DNA from: Dudresnaya verticillata
Lineage: Eukaryota
Direction: 5' to 3'
DNA length: 64,000 nt
NCBI GenBank assembly: GCA_977862235.1
Contig: OZ374562.1
Span: 1,054,001 to 1,118,000, forward strand
Shown in pieces: positions 11,467 through 24,597 of this stretch; positions within the stretch are counted from its first letter, which is position 1; each line of letters begins with the position of its first letter. The translations under genes and the position numbers were made by a program. The notes below the pieces were generated by a model. That model did not search any database and was not told the DNA's origin. It was given only the letters and a program-made list of their open reading frames with translations.

Positions 11467-14096
11467 CTGATCAGAGGGTCTTCATTGAGAAGTTTAGTAA
11501 GCGTCTTTTGGAACACGGGCTGATTAAGCCGAATCCGAACGCGACTTGGGCTGCTGCCCCACTTATCGTTGAAAAGCCCGGCCCGTCTAAGTACCGACTG
11601 ACCTTGATTATCGCCCGATTAACTCAGCGAGAGTGCAAAATGTGTGGAAGACGCCACATGTCGAATCAGAGTTCATGGACATGGGAGGTAGAAAATACTG
11701 TGCAAAACTAGATCTATGTCAGGGGTATTGGCAGATGCCACTACACTCTGATTTCCAACCGTTATGCTGTTTCATGACACCCCGGGAATTTGTAACGCAC
11801 AAGGACAACCCAAGGAGTCATGAATGGGAGCTCAAATTTCTCATCTTGCGTTGAACCTTGCTTTCAAAAAATCCGAGATTCTTACGAGGTCGATCCTTTT
11901 CAAGCATGGATGAATGATCTCCTCACCCATGCTCCCATAGTAATTGATTTGCTTGAAAATTTGGAAATATTCCTGAAGATATGTGAAGAAAAGAATTTAA
12001 AACTTTCTGCTAAGAAGGGTGTCCTTTTTGTTAAAGAAGTAACGTGGTGTGGGCGCATTATTGACGCCCAAGGGGTTAGATTTGATCCATCGCGTCTGGA
12101 AGGACTAGAGAAGATAAACATGCCACAATCAGCAGGGGAACTCTGCGAGTATGTTTACGGCTTGCAATGGATGTCAACCTCTATTCCTAAATTTGTGGAG
12201 AGAATAGACCCATTAGGAATGAATCTAGAAGAAGCATACAAGCGCGTAGCGTCTAGAAAGAAGAGACAAATTAAGGGAATTCAATTGTCAGATTTGGCAT
12301 GGGGCCCTGTACAATAAACAACGTTCCATGACCTTCAATGCCAAATCAGAGACTCCGTGAAGTTGGTTCACCGAAGGCCAAGTTGGGAAATTTGTGTCTT
12401 TAGCGATGCGTCTGATTTGTTTTGGTCTGGAGTTGTTACGCAATGCCCCAAAGAAGAGTTGTGTAAGGAGGAAACGGATCAGAAGCATGAGCCATTAGCA
12501 TTTCTGGGTTCTGCGTTTACGAACACAGAGCAAGGATGGACTACCTTCGAGAAAGAGGCGTTCGTTATAGTGCAGTCATTTAAGAAAACGGATTATATGC
12601 TGTTGATCGAGAAGAGTACTCATATATTTACTGACCACAGGAATTTACTTTTTGTTTACAACCCCGAAGCAATAGAACCAGCTTTGGGTCGGCATATTGT
12701 CACCAAAGTACAACGTTGGGCATTATACTTATCACGTTACTCGTACTCAATTGAGTATATTGAAGGAACCAGTAACACAATGGCTGATATTATGACCAGA
12801 TGGTACAGAGGGTACCGAGGGAGACCGAAGTCCGTAAAACACATTTCACATATTATTGTGCATTGGGATATTATGGCAACCCCGTTGGCTGAGAAGTTCA
12901 AATGGCCAAGACACGAAATGATCGTCAAGTCTCAGAAGCTCCATGCGGGTAACAAGCCGTCTCCTACAACTGAAAAGGATAATGGGCTTCTGACAATAAG
13001 AAAAACGTTGGGATACCTGAAACAGATATGGAGCTGCAGCTGAAAATATTGGTGATAGCCCACTGCGGTAGCGCAGTGCACGTGCTGCAGGTTACCGAGG
13101 AGGCGAGACTACGAGGAACGTCGTGAATGAGTTTTACATTTGGAAAACACTGAGAGACGACTGTTTGGAGTTTGTCGGAAAATGTCTACATTGTTTAATA
13201 ACAAAGAGTGGTTTGAGAGTCCGTCGACCTCTAACATTAACGACACATGGGACAACACCTAATGAAGTCATACAATTTGACTTCCTCTACATGGGTCCTG
13301 GTCTACAATGTTTAAAATACGTATTGGTGATCCGTGGTGACCTTTCATCATATTGCTGGCTTTGTCACACTAGAAATGCTGACGGAGACAGACTCTGCAG
13401 CAGCTGAGATAGCCCGATGGGTAAGAAAATTTACACCAATGAGTATTTGGATCAGTGATCAAGGAAGGCACTTCAAAAATGAAGTCATGAAGATCCTTGT
13501 CTCAGTCTGTAAGGTTAAGCACCAATTTACAATAGCCAATTCCCCCTGAGTGAATGGAACAGTTGAAAACTGTATGCGGAAGATTCGAGCTGCATGTCAA
13601 TCGTTACTCTCGGAAATGAAGCTCGGACCGCAGGATTGGCCAATCGTAGTAGGAATAGTAATGTCCGCTCTAAATGAGGCCCCACTATATCGATTAGGAA
13701 ACATAATGATGGTACAGTTCCATCCCCATTAGAAGTATTTACCGCGCTCAGACCAAGAAGATCTCAGATGCTATTGGGAAAAGTTATTGAAGAATCAGGT
13801 GGCGAGTACACAATAGAACGAGTCAGAGGCATTCAACTGATGAGTATCGAACGTCTCCAGTCTGCCATTGGAAATTTGCATAAGCACGTGTTGGAAAAGG
13901 TTTCTAAGAATCGGAAATGGCAAATAGGAAATCACAGCAAAAGGAATAATCTGGTCTATCCCAACTTCAGTATTGGAGATTATGTATTAGTCCGGCGAGC
14001 ACAAGAAAAAGGCACAAGATGAAGTTTCGGTGGCTTGGCCCAAAAACTATTACTGATTTCATAAGTGATGTTATATATGATGTTAAGGGTTTACAA
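11467..14096 (+). pseudogene. pol: Element A pol: RT, RNase H, integrase (many frameshifts and stops)
   Basis: WAAAPLIVEKPG, KLDLCQGYWQMPL, WMNDLL (degenerate YxDD), VFSDASD, TTFEKEAF, IFTDHRNL, CLHC, IQFDFLYMG, ISDQGRHFKN, NGTVEN. Confidence 0.92.
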
Positions 14097-14216
14097 TGTG
14101 GTATAGACGCTGTGCGCAAAACCACTGCGTGATCTACGTGAAAATATTCGAGAACTACGAATTTTCAAGTGACTCCGTGAATACGCATGCCACGATGGCA
14201 ACCGTATTACAGTGCG

Positions 14217-15058
14217 TATGGTATAACGAAGTCCACGGTGACGCGGGAAAGTCTCACGCTGTAAGGAATGGCCTCGGAGCCTAACGTGTGGCCTCGTAGC
14301 CTAACAGAGAAAGGAAAAGGGGTGGTAGCGTGGTAGAGCGGAGCGACCAACAGGAAGGACCACGGCGTGAACGTATTCGTGCGCGGAAGGGAGAACTCGA
14401 GCGATCGATCACCGGAGATGACTCCGGGTGCGCGGGGCTATTGAAAGTGAGGCTCGACCGTATCCGCAGTCACGGACACGAAGACACCGAACTCGAAGAA
14501 ACAGGCGTTTACCGAAGACTCCGAGGTCCGGGCGCTAGTCGCTTACCGGAAACCCTTGGAGGTTCTGCCAGACGATTGGCTAGGTAATACTACGTGAGCA
14601 CGAATACATGTCAATGTGGGAGACGGTTCGTACTCGAATGATTCGTAACGGCCTCGGTGCCAACGAACGGTCGTCTCACGTATGGTGGCGGTTAAGATGT
14701 GCGCTAGCGATGCATACGGAGGTGCACGCGCGTCGTAGGCCTCGGTGCCGTTACGCGCGGGAAACAACGGGAAGATCACGAAGGTGCCAGCAATTTCGTA
14801 TCGGGTGCGCGCTGCAATGCGAATACGTCGTGGCGCAAGGGATCACGAAGTCACCTCGGAATTCACCCGAAGGTGTCAGCGATTTCGTATCGCATGCGTT
14901 CTGTAATGCGAATGCCATCGTGGCGCGTGCACAGTATGCGCAATGTAATACGTTTGCCATTCTGGCGTGCGCATTCACGGAGTCACTTCTAAATTCGTAT
15001 TTCTCGATTATTTTCACGAAGACCACGGAGTCGTTTTGAGCACAGCGTCTATACCACA
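14217..15058 (-). repeat. Solo LTR family D inserted inverted in a same-family LTR
   Basis: TSD GTGCG at 14212-14216 and 15059-15063. Collinear with 39235-40080. Confidence 0.92.
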
Positions 15059-15951
15059 GTGCGCATACTGTGCGCCCGCCACGACGGCAATTTGCATTAC
15101 AATGCGCACCCAATACGAAATCGCAGACACCTTCGTGGTTTTCCCGTTGTTTCCTGCGCGTAGCGGCTCCGAGGCTGTGGCGCAAATCGCCTTCGCGCCC
15201 TGTTGAAGAATTGTTCATAATGCCGTCACCCGCGGCTCACGCGACTGCGGACGACGGACGCACAGCGGCCGGTTCCTGCAGATCAACCGCTGCGCGAATG
15301 TTTGAGCTCAGAGCCAATTCCTGTAATAAGCTCTGGCACCACGCGCATACGCCAGCAATGATATTGGGGAAATCCCCCTGTAAGCCATCGCCGCTGACAG
15401 TTTCCGCTGCCAGCAAGGATGGCCCCGCAAGAGGACAACGCGCACACGTGCGCGCGTGCGCCCCCTCGGCGCACACTGTCAAGCCACACTGCAAATAGGC
15501 TGACAGTGATATTTTAGGAGATAATTATAGACCTGTGCGCGCCACGCAATGCCAAGTGGCGCGCCCCCTTCCACTACCTTAATCCGCCACCAAGGCGCAC
15601 CCGCCTCCTACATAGTATTTTAGGGCCCTGAGGTGCGCCCTCATTCAATAAACAGCCAAGCTTGGGCCCAGCGAGACATACCCTCCTACCCTATCGACTC
15701 CGTCGCTAGGCTGGACTTCAGTACGTACGCTACCCTTCCTCATTGTACAGAATCCTGTTTTTCTCTTATTTTTCCTTTTTTCTCTTTCTTTCTAGGGTAA
15801 CCCCCTTTCTCGGTTCTCGGCCTTGTAGTGTTTTACAGTCGCACTACGGGGCTACTCCCCTGCTCTACCGCTACTACATCACCTGCTACCACCAGGCCCC
15901 GATCTGCCTGAGGTGCATCCTCGATTCTACCGAGTGGGATTGCACCACATT

Positions 15952-15969
15952 TGGTCTCCCGACCTAGAA
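15952..15969 (+). promoter_or_regulatory. Primer-binding site of E, inferred tRNA-Tyr
   Basis: TGGTCTCCCGACCTAGAA two bases after the LTR. Its complement implies a C1:G72 pair and A73, the eukaryotic Tyr identity elements. Confidence 0.75.
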
Positions 15970-16325
15970 GTTCGGAAATTCCGATTGGCTACGTTGCCTA
16001 CGTTACGGAACTACCGTTCCTGTAGTTCATACCTTTATGCTGCAGTTATCTGCCATGCCCACCCATCGACAGCCGTCATCGGCAAGGTCTGTACCAACGC
16101 AGACCGCTGCCAATATGGTGACGCGTGCACGTGGGCAGGCAAGTCCTGCGGTCCAAGCCGCTTTTTCGGCAATAGCCAATGAGGGGGCTCCTCGCATTCC
16201 CCCCTCGGTGGAGATCGTACCTCCTGACCCAGCCGGGACTCTCCCGACTGGCCAAGACCAAGGCGGGCAACCGGCACCTCCGCTGCCGCTGCCCAATCCG
16301 CCACCGCCGATTTCGGCATCACTTC

Positions 16326-17099
16326 TGTAGTATAGCTGTCAGCACCCTACCAGCAGCGGCTGTAAGGTATGCTGGCAGCCCTGCACTGTAATGGTGCACA
16401 CGATGACGCCCGCTGGCGAGTCGTGGTTGGGCAGCGTGCCCTTAGTTTTTTCGTTGAATTAGTAGCGGTCGACCGCATTGCTGCCGGCAGCGGCCGCGCG
16501 CCGTGCCGCACACGGCGCGCCCCTGTGATGCTCTCCGGCATCGAGCCGTTGAGAGGGCCGCTGCCCGTTACGCCCCGCGCACGCCCACGGGTAACCGTTA
16601 CCCGGATGTGTCGACACGTGTGTGGGCGCGCGCTCGCACACCTCCCGCGTTGGTGTTGTGGGGCGCACCTACTGTACAAGTAGTCGTAGTGCACATAGTG
16701 TAGGGTATTTAAGACCGTCGGCCATCGACGGCTCAGTAAACCGGGCAAGCAACAGCTCGCGCTGAAGCTTGCCCCCAGCCTTTTCGGGTTCGATCCCTTT
16801 GCCTTACGCCAGCGGGCGGTTTCCCTTTTTCCCCTTGCCTCGCTAGGCTTTCCCCTTTCCTTTTCCTTTCCGTCGGCTTCGTGCCGCCCTTCGACAGGAA
16901 CGCTGGCATCCGGCCGCTGCCTACCCGCGTACGGTACGCTCCATGCGCGCTCCAGCATCGACGCCGTCGATCCGCACCTGCGGGGCGCACGCGGCCGACA
17001 CCGCTCTACCAACCCCAACAGCTACCCATCGACGGGTCTGTGTGGCGGCTTCGGACCAGCAAGTATCAGACGTCGGATCGACCCGACGTCTATACTACA
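16326..17099 (+). repeat. Solo LTR related to family F, inside E gag
   Basis: TSD ACTTC at 16321-16325 and 17100-17104. 10-bp TIR TGTAGTATAG/CTATACTACA. Confidence 0.92.
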
Positions 17100-17257
17100 A
17101 CTTCCGCCGCCGGTGGAGCCACCCACAGTCCAAGAGGAAGCACCTCGCGTTTCCTTCAAACACGGGACTACCATTCCCCGAAGTGCGAATCAAGAGGTGT
17201 GCCTCATGGAAGACCAGGCTTTTGCCGCCCGGCTGTCGCGTCAGATAACGGACAGCC

Positions 17258-17355
17258 TGGCTTTGGTCAACCAACGCATCGACAAGGTCGGCGCTCGGGT
17301 CGACCTTGGCTTTGGTCAACCAACGCATCGACGAGGTCGGCGCTCGGGTCGACCT
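17258..17355 (+). repeat. 49-bp tandem duplication that frameshifts E gag
   Basis: TGGCTTTGGTCAACCAACGCATCGAC(A/G)AGGTCGGCGCTCGGGTCGACCT twice. Confidence 0.92.
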
Positions 17356-19271
17356 AGCGCTGGAGAATCCTCCACAGCACCATGCGGACCTCGCCGTCGA
17401 GGTCCGCAATCTTCGAGGACACGTCAACCGCCTCCTCGAGACATACGGGGCTCCTCCCGGAAGGGGCCCCCGTCCGAGCCCCCCAAGCTTACCCGCGGAA
17501 CTCCCGCTCGATGACCGCATAACGCGGATTGCCGACCGTTTGGAGCGACTAGAGGGTATATGACTCAATGAGCGCGAACCGCGACTGCCTCCCGATGGCC
17601 GAGGCGTAAACAGAAGACAAGTCGAATTCGACAATCGCGATCGACATGGGGACACTTATCCCAAGAACAGTTGCCCTTACGGGTGTACCGACCACCCTCA
17701 TGATGACGATTACCGTCAAGATCGTCGTGACGAACGACGTCAAAACCGTCACCGTACCTCAACGCGGAATACCCGCAGTTGCCGTCACCATCGCCACGGC
17801 TACGGAACTTCCTCGCGGTCGGCCGCCGACAATTCGGATTCAGACCGCTCCGATGGAGACGATTGGGGAAATCCCCGTCGCGATGATGGTATACGATGCA
17901 AGAGGCCGCAGAATAAGCACCTTAAGGAGCTGAAACCGACCAACCCCTTGTATGACCAATTGCTTTCATATCGTCATTATCGATTGCAAAACACGGAGCA
18001 ATCCCGTACAAGCCGACAGACCGGCAAGATCAAGGCCCAGATCAAAAGACTGGAGTTAACCGTGAAAGATTGTTCCTTTAATGGGGAAGACCCGTGTTAA
18101 TTTTGGAGTTTCTCTCCAGGCTAGTCGACGAGGCCGACGCTCTCGACATGTCGGAAGCGCAGGCTTTCATCGCCTTGCCCTACTTCCTACGCGGAAATGC
18201 CGCTACTCAATTCCGTTCTGTCAAGACCGCTCTGTCCTGTTCCAATGGAGGAGTATCCTCATGGCCGGAAGCTGTGCAGTATCTTCTGCAGACCTATGCG
18301 ACACCGAGCGCACTACGTGAGGCAATCCTCGAGCTCCATGCCCTTCGGCAAAACGCTGGCGAATCGGAAACACGCTTCAGGATGCGAGTCTCGAAAGCGT
18401 GTAATCGATGTGGCAATGTCCACAAGGAATGGGAGAAGATGACGTACTTCATCGACGGCCTCGATCCGAGCACCCGCTCGCTGGTCGCCCGATATCGAGA
18501 GGAGACTACTCGTCACGAATTGTCGTTTGAACGACTAGTGCATTACGCACAAGATGAAGGTGAAGCTCACCGTGGAAGAAGTCGCGCACCACGCGCTGGA
18601 CAAGACCAACTCGCTGGTCGTACCACAGCTTCAGGAGGACGTCGTCCAGGACGAGGAAATTCCGCTATGATGGCCGAATCCTCTATTGAGTTTCGAGATG
18701 GAAGTGGAGTTCCACGTAGGCAGGTGGGCGAGCAGGATGCCGAAGTACACCTCTTGTATCCCGACGCGGCATTGCTGTCGTCTGACCCACCTACCGACTA
18801 ACAGGTAGGATCCTACGGAAGCGAAGATAACGCGTTTCTCATGCGCTCTCGCCAAGTCCGGCCCCGGATCCCCTACCAGGAGCATTCACCTGGGATGACA
18901 CGCGCGCGGCCTGGTTGGCAAGATAGGGGAAATCCCCAGAGGAACCTCGCACCCAAGCAGACAATCATCTGCCACATTTTCTATAAGCCCGGGCATGTGT
19001 CGCCCGAATGCTTCTTGGCTTGGAAGGACTACCCGAGGAATATCCTCAATTACGAATCACTTAGTGCGGTTGACCGCGATCGCGTGCCGGCTACGTCATA
19101 TATGAAGGCGAAAGCACAGGCACAATACGATGAGGCAAGTCCTCACGGTCGGCCCCAGGGGCAACCACCCAACGTGGTACCCCACACTAGCGAACTCCAC
19201 CCTCAGGCGTTCGCGCCCGTTGGTCAGTCCCCTACGAATGGACGCGACGGACGAGCGGACATCCGCAATTC

Positions 19272-22200
19272 GGAAAACTAGTCGGGGTCAAATCCCCTTT
19301 GACTGGGGAACTTCAGCCGGAACCATCTTCAACCGACGTTCAAGGGTCACGACCCGACAAGCAGGAGGACATAACTCCAAAGATCATACTGCAGAACCCT
19401 GCAAGGGCTAGCAGGACCTCTGCCGCACCTCCAAAGGCGGGGTTACGCAGGCCCTGGCACCGGTACCGTCCCCCGCACATACGAGGTGAATTGCTGATAG
19501 CGGCAAAGCGCAACTTGAAAGTATACACAGATACGGGTTTACACCCAAGCTACCTATCGCGTAAACTTACTGTGCTAGATACCAGTGCCGGTCCCAACTT
19601 TATCAGAAAATCTGAACTACCACCTCAAGCGGAATCCCGCATTCGAGAAGGGGACATCCCACCATCAGCGACGCCAACAACCGGCCGTTGCAGACATGCG
19701 GCGTACTCGCCTTGGTTGTTCGACTTGGCGACCGCATTGTCAAACTTGACTTTATAGTCTGCGAGAGACTCGCCGCCGCGGTCATCCTCGGATGTGATTT
19801 CTGCGATCGTTTCGTAGAAGCCATCTATCCGAGGAGCCGTGAAGTCGAACTCGACAATGGGACTCGCGTGCCGATTACGCGGCGACCATTGAAGCGACCG
19901 CCCACGGCTCCACCTCTACCTGGCGATCAGGTGGATGAGCCACTACGAGGTCATACCTCAACAAAAAGACGCGTAGCGGGACGAACCGTATTCCCAGCCC
20001 GAGCGCAAAAGTGGGTTTCAGGAGCCACATAACGCGCGGGGCTGATTTTCCTTCAGCCCTATGACAAGCCGTATCACCGGCAGGGAATCATCGCAACGAA
20101 TGGAATAGCCAATGTTGAACCAAAGCGGCCGTTCCGCATTCTAGTCGCAAACTTCACGTCGCATGACCAAGTTCTGCCAAAGAACCGAGTCTTCGCGACC
20201 GCCCTCCCGCACCCCACCGCCGTGGTGCCCAGTCCCATCCTGCTGGCGGACGTGCTTGGGTTGGCTGATTTAGCGGACGATACCGCAACAAAGTCCCAAC
20301 GACTGGGCAGACTGTCGAATACGACAAACAAAGCTGACGCCCATGTGAAGACCCTTGAAGCTGAAAACGAACCTCCACCTTCGGTGGACGACGTGGACCT
20401 ATCCCACCTGACAAAGGATCACGCCAAGCGTGTTCGGCAATTGCTTGGTAGGTTTTCTACGATGTGGGATGGATCACTGGGTGAACTCACCACCACGGAA
20501 CATTACATCGATATGATTCCGGGTACGAGGCCGTTCTCGTGTCCACCCTATCGGGCTGGACCGAAGCAACGCCAAGTGGAACAAGCGGAAGTTGACCGCA
20601 TGCTACGAGCTGGCGTCATAGAACCGGCACAATCTCCCTGGGCATCTCTAGTTGTACTGGTGCCTAAAAAGGACGGTACCTTACGATTCTGTGTCGATTA
20701 CAGACGTCTAAATGCCGCAACCGTTCGGGATACATACCCGTTACCTCGCATCGATGAGTGTATCGATTCACTCGGCGAAGCAAACGTCTTCACTACGCTC
20801 GATTGCCACTCGAGGTATTGGCAAATCCCCATCAACGGTCGCGATCGTGATACCACCACGTTTACATGCCATGCGGGAACCTTCCGCTACAAGAGGATGT
20901 CTTTTGGTCTGACCAATGCTCCCGCTACCTTCCAGAGGACACTGGATATCCTGCTCTCGGGTTTCAAATGGCAGACCTGCCTCGTTTACTTGGACGATGT
21001 TATCATCTACTCAAAGGATGTGGAATCCCACTTTGAACACATCGAGCAGATTCTGACTGCATTGAACCAAGCCGGGGTTACCGTCAAACTGAAGAAATAT
21101 GATTTATTCACAAACACCGTCAACTATCTGGGCCACATTATCCGCCCCGGCGAACTACGGGTCGACCCAACGGTCACTGCGGCACTCCCCAAAGCAAAAA
21201 ACCCACGTACAAAAACTGAATTGAGGTCTTTCCTCGGACTGTGCAACGTATATCGGAGGTTTGTCCCCAATTACTCTCACGTGGCAGGACCACTGAACCG
21301 AATCCTGAAAAAGGATCACCCGGACAATATTAAGTCGCTCGACGACTCGCAAACAGAAGCGTTCCAGACGCTTATCAAAGCGGTCACGGAGCCACCGGTA
21401 CTTTCACTGCCGAAACCCGGCTTGCCCTACTCTGTCGATACCGACGCGTCGAACTACCAGGTCGGTTGCGCCTTATTCCAAACGCATACCGACGGTACGC
21501 GGAAACCACTCGGGTATTGGTCCCGTTCTCTGCAAGCCGCCGAAAAGAACTACTCTGTTTCCGAGAAGGAGTGTTTGGCATTGGTGTGGGCTGTTTCTAC
21601 TTTACGGCCCTACCTACAAATGGAAACGTTTACCATACACACCGATCACTCCTCCCTTCGTTGGCTCATGGAGATTAATGATCCCTCCGGGCGTCTTATG
21701 CGCTGGCGCTTACGCATGTCGGAATTCGACTTTGACATCCGCTACAAGAAGGGACGCATCAACACCCAAGCGGACTCCCTTCCGCGTCTTCAAACGCTTT
21801 GCGAAACCCAAGTCGATATCGACGACGAAATTACGTGTTTCCACGTCGAGATGGACGCTCCCGCCACCTGTGCCCTTTTCGACGAGGAGGAATTCCTCGA
21901 ATTGGACGACGAAGTCTCCGACCAACTCCTTCTGGCGATTCCGCCGTCAACCCAACCTGAGCTCTTGCGCCCAATCACAACGGAAGAGCTTCTTCAAACG
22001 CAATTAGTAGATGCTTTCTGCACCTCCCTGCGTTCTCGTCTTAACGGGGGGATGGGTTACTGTTCGCGCTGGACGAGACAGGAGTCCTCATTCGCACACG
22101 AGAGGCACTTCCTCAAATTGTGATACCATTCACTCTTCGGGCACGCGTGCTACACTTGGCACACTTCCCGAAACTATCCGGAAATCCCGGTGGTCGCAAG

Positions 22201-22307
22201 AGGTATTACTCACTTCGTAGATCATTCTACTGGCCTTCCATGGCTGTGGACTGTTACGCAGCCGTACGAAACTGCACAACGTTCGCGCGCAATCGCGTTA
22301 TGATACG
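19272..22307 (+). pseudogene. pol: Element E pol: protease, RT, RNase H, integrase zinc-binding N-terminus (truncated)
   Basis: VLDTSAGPNFI, LRFCVDYRRLN, CLVYLDDVIIY, VDTDASNYQVG, TDHSSLRWL, LHLAH...FYWPSM. Confidence 0.92.
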
Positions 22308-23166
22308 CTCATTCAATAAACAGCTAAGCTTGGGCCCAGCGAGACATACCCTCCTACCCTATCGACTCCGTCGCTAGGCTGGACTTCAGTACGTACGCTA
22401 CCCTTCTTCATTGTACAGAATCCTGTTTTTCTCTTATTTTTCCTTTTTTTCTTTCTTTCTAGGGTAACCCCCTTTCTCGGCCTTGTAGTGTTTTACAGTC
22501 GCACTACGGGGCTACTCCCATGCTCTACCGCTACTACATCACCTGCTACCACCAGGCCCCGAACTGCCTGAGGTGCATCCTCGATTCTGCCCAGTGGGAT
22601 TGCACCACAGAGGCCCATGTCGCGCGTGTAACTCCGGATACATCGCTGGCGCACTTCATAACCGCCGGCATTCTTGAGACGACCGCTCGTTGGCACCGAG
22701 GCCGTTACGAATCATTCGAGTACGAACCAACTTCCGCGTTGCATCTCCGGCGTTGACATTTATTCCTGCTCACGTAATATTAATTAGCCAGTCGTCTGGC
22801 AGAAACTCCAAGGGTTTTCACTAAGCGACTTGCGGCCGGACCTCGAAGTCTTCGGTAAGCGCCTGTTTCTTCGAGTTCGGTTTCTTCGTTGTCGTGACCG
22901 CAGATACGGTAGAGCCTCTGTTTCAATAGCCCCGCACACGCGTCCGGAGTCATCCCCGGTGATCGATCGCTAAAGTTCTCCCTTCCGCGCACGAATACGT
23001 TGCCATCGTGGTCCTTAGTGTTATCGCTCCGCTCTACCAAGCTACCACCCTTTTTCCTTTCTCCGTTCTCCGTTAGGCTACGAAGCCACACGTTGGGGGC
23101 TTAGGCCATCCCTGACAGTGTGGGACTTCCCTACGTCTCCGTAGACATTCGTTACACCACATACAA

Positions 23167-23445
23167 GATAAAAAAACCGAAAGAGTACTTGCTGCACGTC
23201 TTATCGAATATAGATCTGAGACGGATGGTGTTCCAGTCTCTGCGGTATTGATGGCAGAAGTAGAACACCTTGACGAGAAGTATGAATTAATCGAAAATCT
23301 ACGAGATATACGAAAGGCACATGATGGTTTATTCATTCAAGTCGAATGGATGGGATTTCCTGACAAATGTGATTGGTCGTGGAACTCCATTGAGCAACTA
23401 CATGATGATGTGCCTGAAAAGGTACTGAAGGTTTTAACTACTAAG
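23167..23445 (+). pseudogene. pol: Element A integrase C-terminus and chromodomain (last codons resume at 57271-57375)
   Basis: YELIENLRDIRKAHDGLFIQVEWMGFPDKCDWSWNSIEQLHDDVP. Frame continues TKKKKVLAKK after the CTAAG TSD. Confidence 0.85.
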
Positions 23446-24597
23446 TGTGGAAGAATGAGCCGCAGCAGAAGTGCTGGCGCACTGTAAGTCATTTGTGCGC
23501 ATTAATGTGTAAGACGCCCACGCGCATCAAGCTGTAAGGCGCGCACAAGCACCGTGCGCTGTAAGGGCGATGCGCCTCCCTGGCGTCCCTGCTGGCACCA
23601 AAATTGATGGCAAATTGCCATTGGGTATTTTATTGTGGCCGCTCACGCGTCCCGACGCGGTACTACCACTAATCCGTATTTATAACTGACAACAGTACGA
23701 TTAGATTAATAATTACAGCTAGAATAGCTTAGATTAGCTCCTAGGAGGTAAGAGCGTTTTCGGCTCTGTATACTTAATAGGCCCCTGAGTAGCAGGGGCC
23801 TCCTGAATAGAACCCACGGTGGGTTTCGGGTCTTTACCCTTTTTCTGGAATTCACGGACTCACCATAACCTCCCTTTCAGGTGCTTTACGAGCCTTGCCT
23901 CCACACGACGGTTGCTCTGTGCGAGCTGGGTGGCGCCGCCCCTTTTCCCCCTTTTCCCTTAGGCTCTGTGCCTCTCAAAGTCTCTACCAACCCCTTTTCC
24001 CGAGCTACCTAAGCTAGAGTGTTGTGCACCGTCAGGACAGCTGTCCTTACCGGTTGGTGGGTTTCTGTCTTGACGGGCCATACTACTACAGTGGTCTCCC
24101 GACCTAGAATCGTTTTCAGGGTCGGCCCCTTTTTGCTACCTCACCCGCAAGTCGTCGTTCGGACCTTCACACGGGACGAGAATTCCCCGTGCAAGAATCC
24201 AAGGAACAACTTCCTGAGGGTGAAATCCTAGTCGGCCAAGTGTCGACGGTTTCTCAGCTTCATATCAAGCTTCGAAGTTGCGTCAAATTCGAGGCAAGCA
24301 ACTGCCACCGCTTCTGCGGTTTTTAATCGTGTACAAGGAAGAAGATCCTGGTCGTGGAGTGACGACCCTTTAAGGAACTCTTCCTGCAGGGTATCGTGAC
24401 ACCTGTCATCAAAAACACGTCTGTATACGGGCTGTGCGGGCGCGCGCGCTGGGAGTTCCACGCGGACAGAATCGCCTGTAACCCCGAGAACTACGGTTCT
24501 GAGAAGTTTGCCATCCTAGGGAGAAGTTCCCCGATTAGTGCAACCACAGGACCGAATCCTCCGTTTTAAGGTTGTCGATAACAACCTCGTCTAGAAG

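Larger units (their letters stand above)
16037..19281 (+). pseudogene. gag: Element E gag (LTR insertion, 49-bp duplication, stops)
   Basis: FNGEDP...FLSRL, SWPEAVQYLLQTY, QNAGESETRF, ICHIFYKPGHVSPEC knuckle. Ends TCG GAA AAC TAG. Confidence 0.88.
15176..22609 (+). mobile_element. Gypsy element E with internal deletion (integrase core through U3 of the 3' LTR lost)
   Basis: TSD GAGGC at 15171-15175 and 22610-22614. 5' LTR 15176-15949. Partial 3' LTR 22308-22609 matches 15640-15949. Confidence 0.92.
14097..23161 (+). repeat. Solo LTR family D split by two later insertions (segments 14097-14216, 15064-15175, 22615-23161)
   Basis: TSD TACAA at 14092-14096 and 23162-23166. Ends TGTGGTATAG...TTACACCACA. 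Homologous to the reverse complement of 39235-40080. Excision restores GLQDKKTERVLAARL. Confidence 0.9.

Noticed and set aside
14330..15498. Recurrent short ORFs (MVERSDQ..., also at 39348 and 56528) as a gene family
   Set aside because: They recur only because they lie in copies of the D-family LTR; frames are not preserved between copies.
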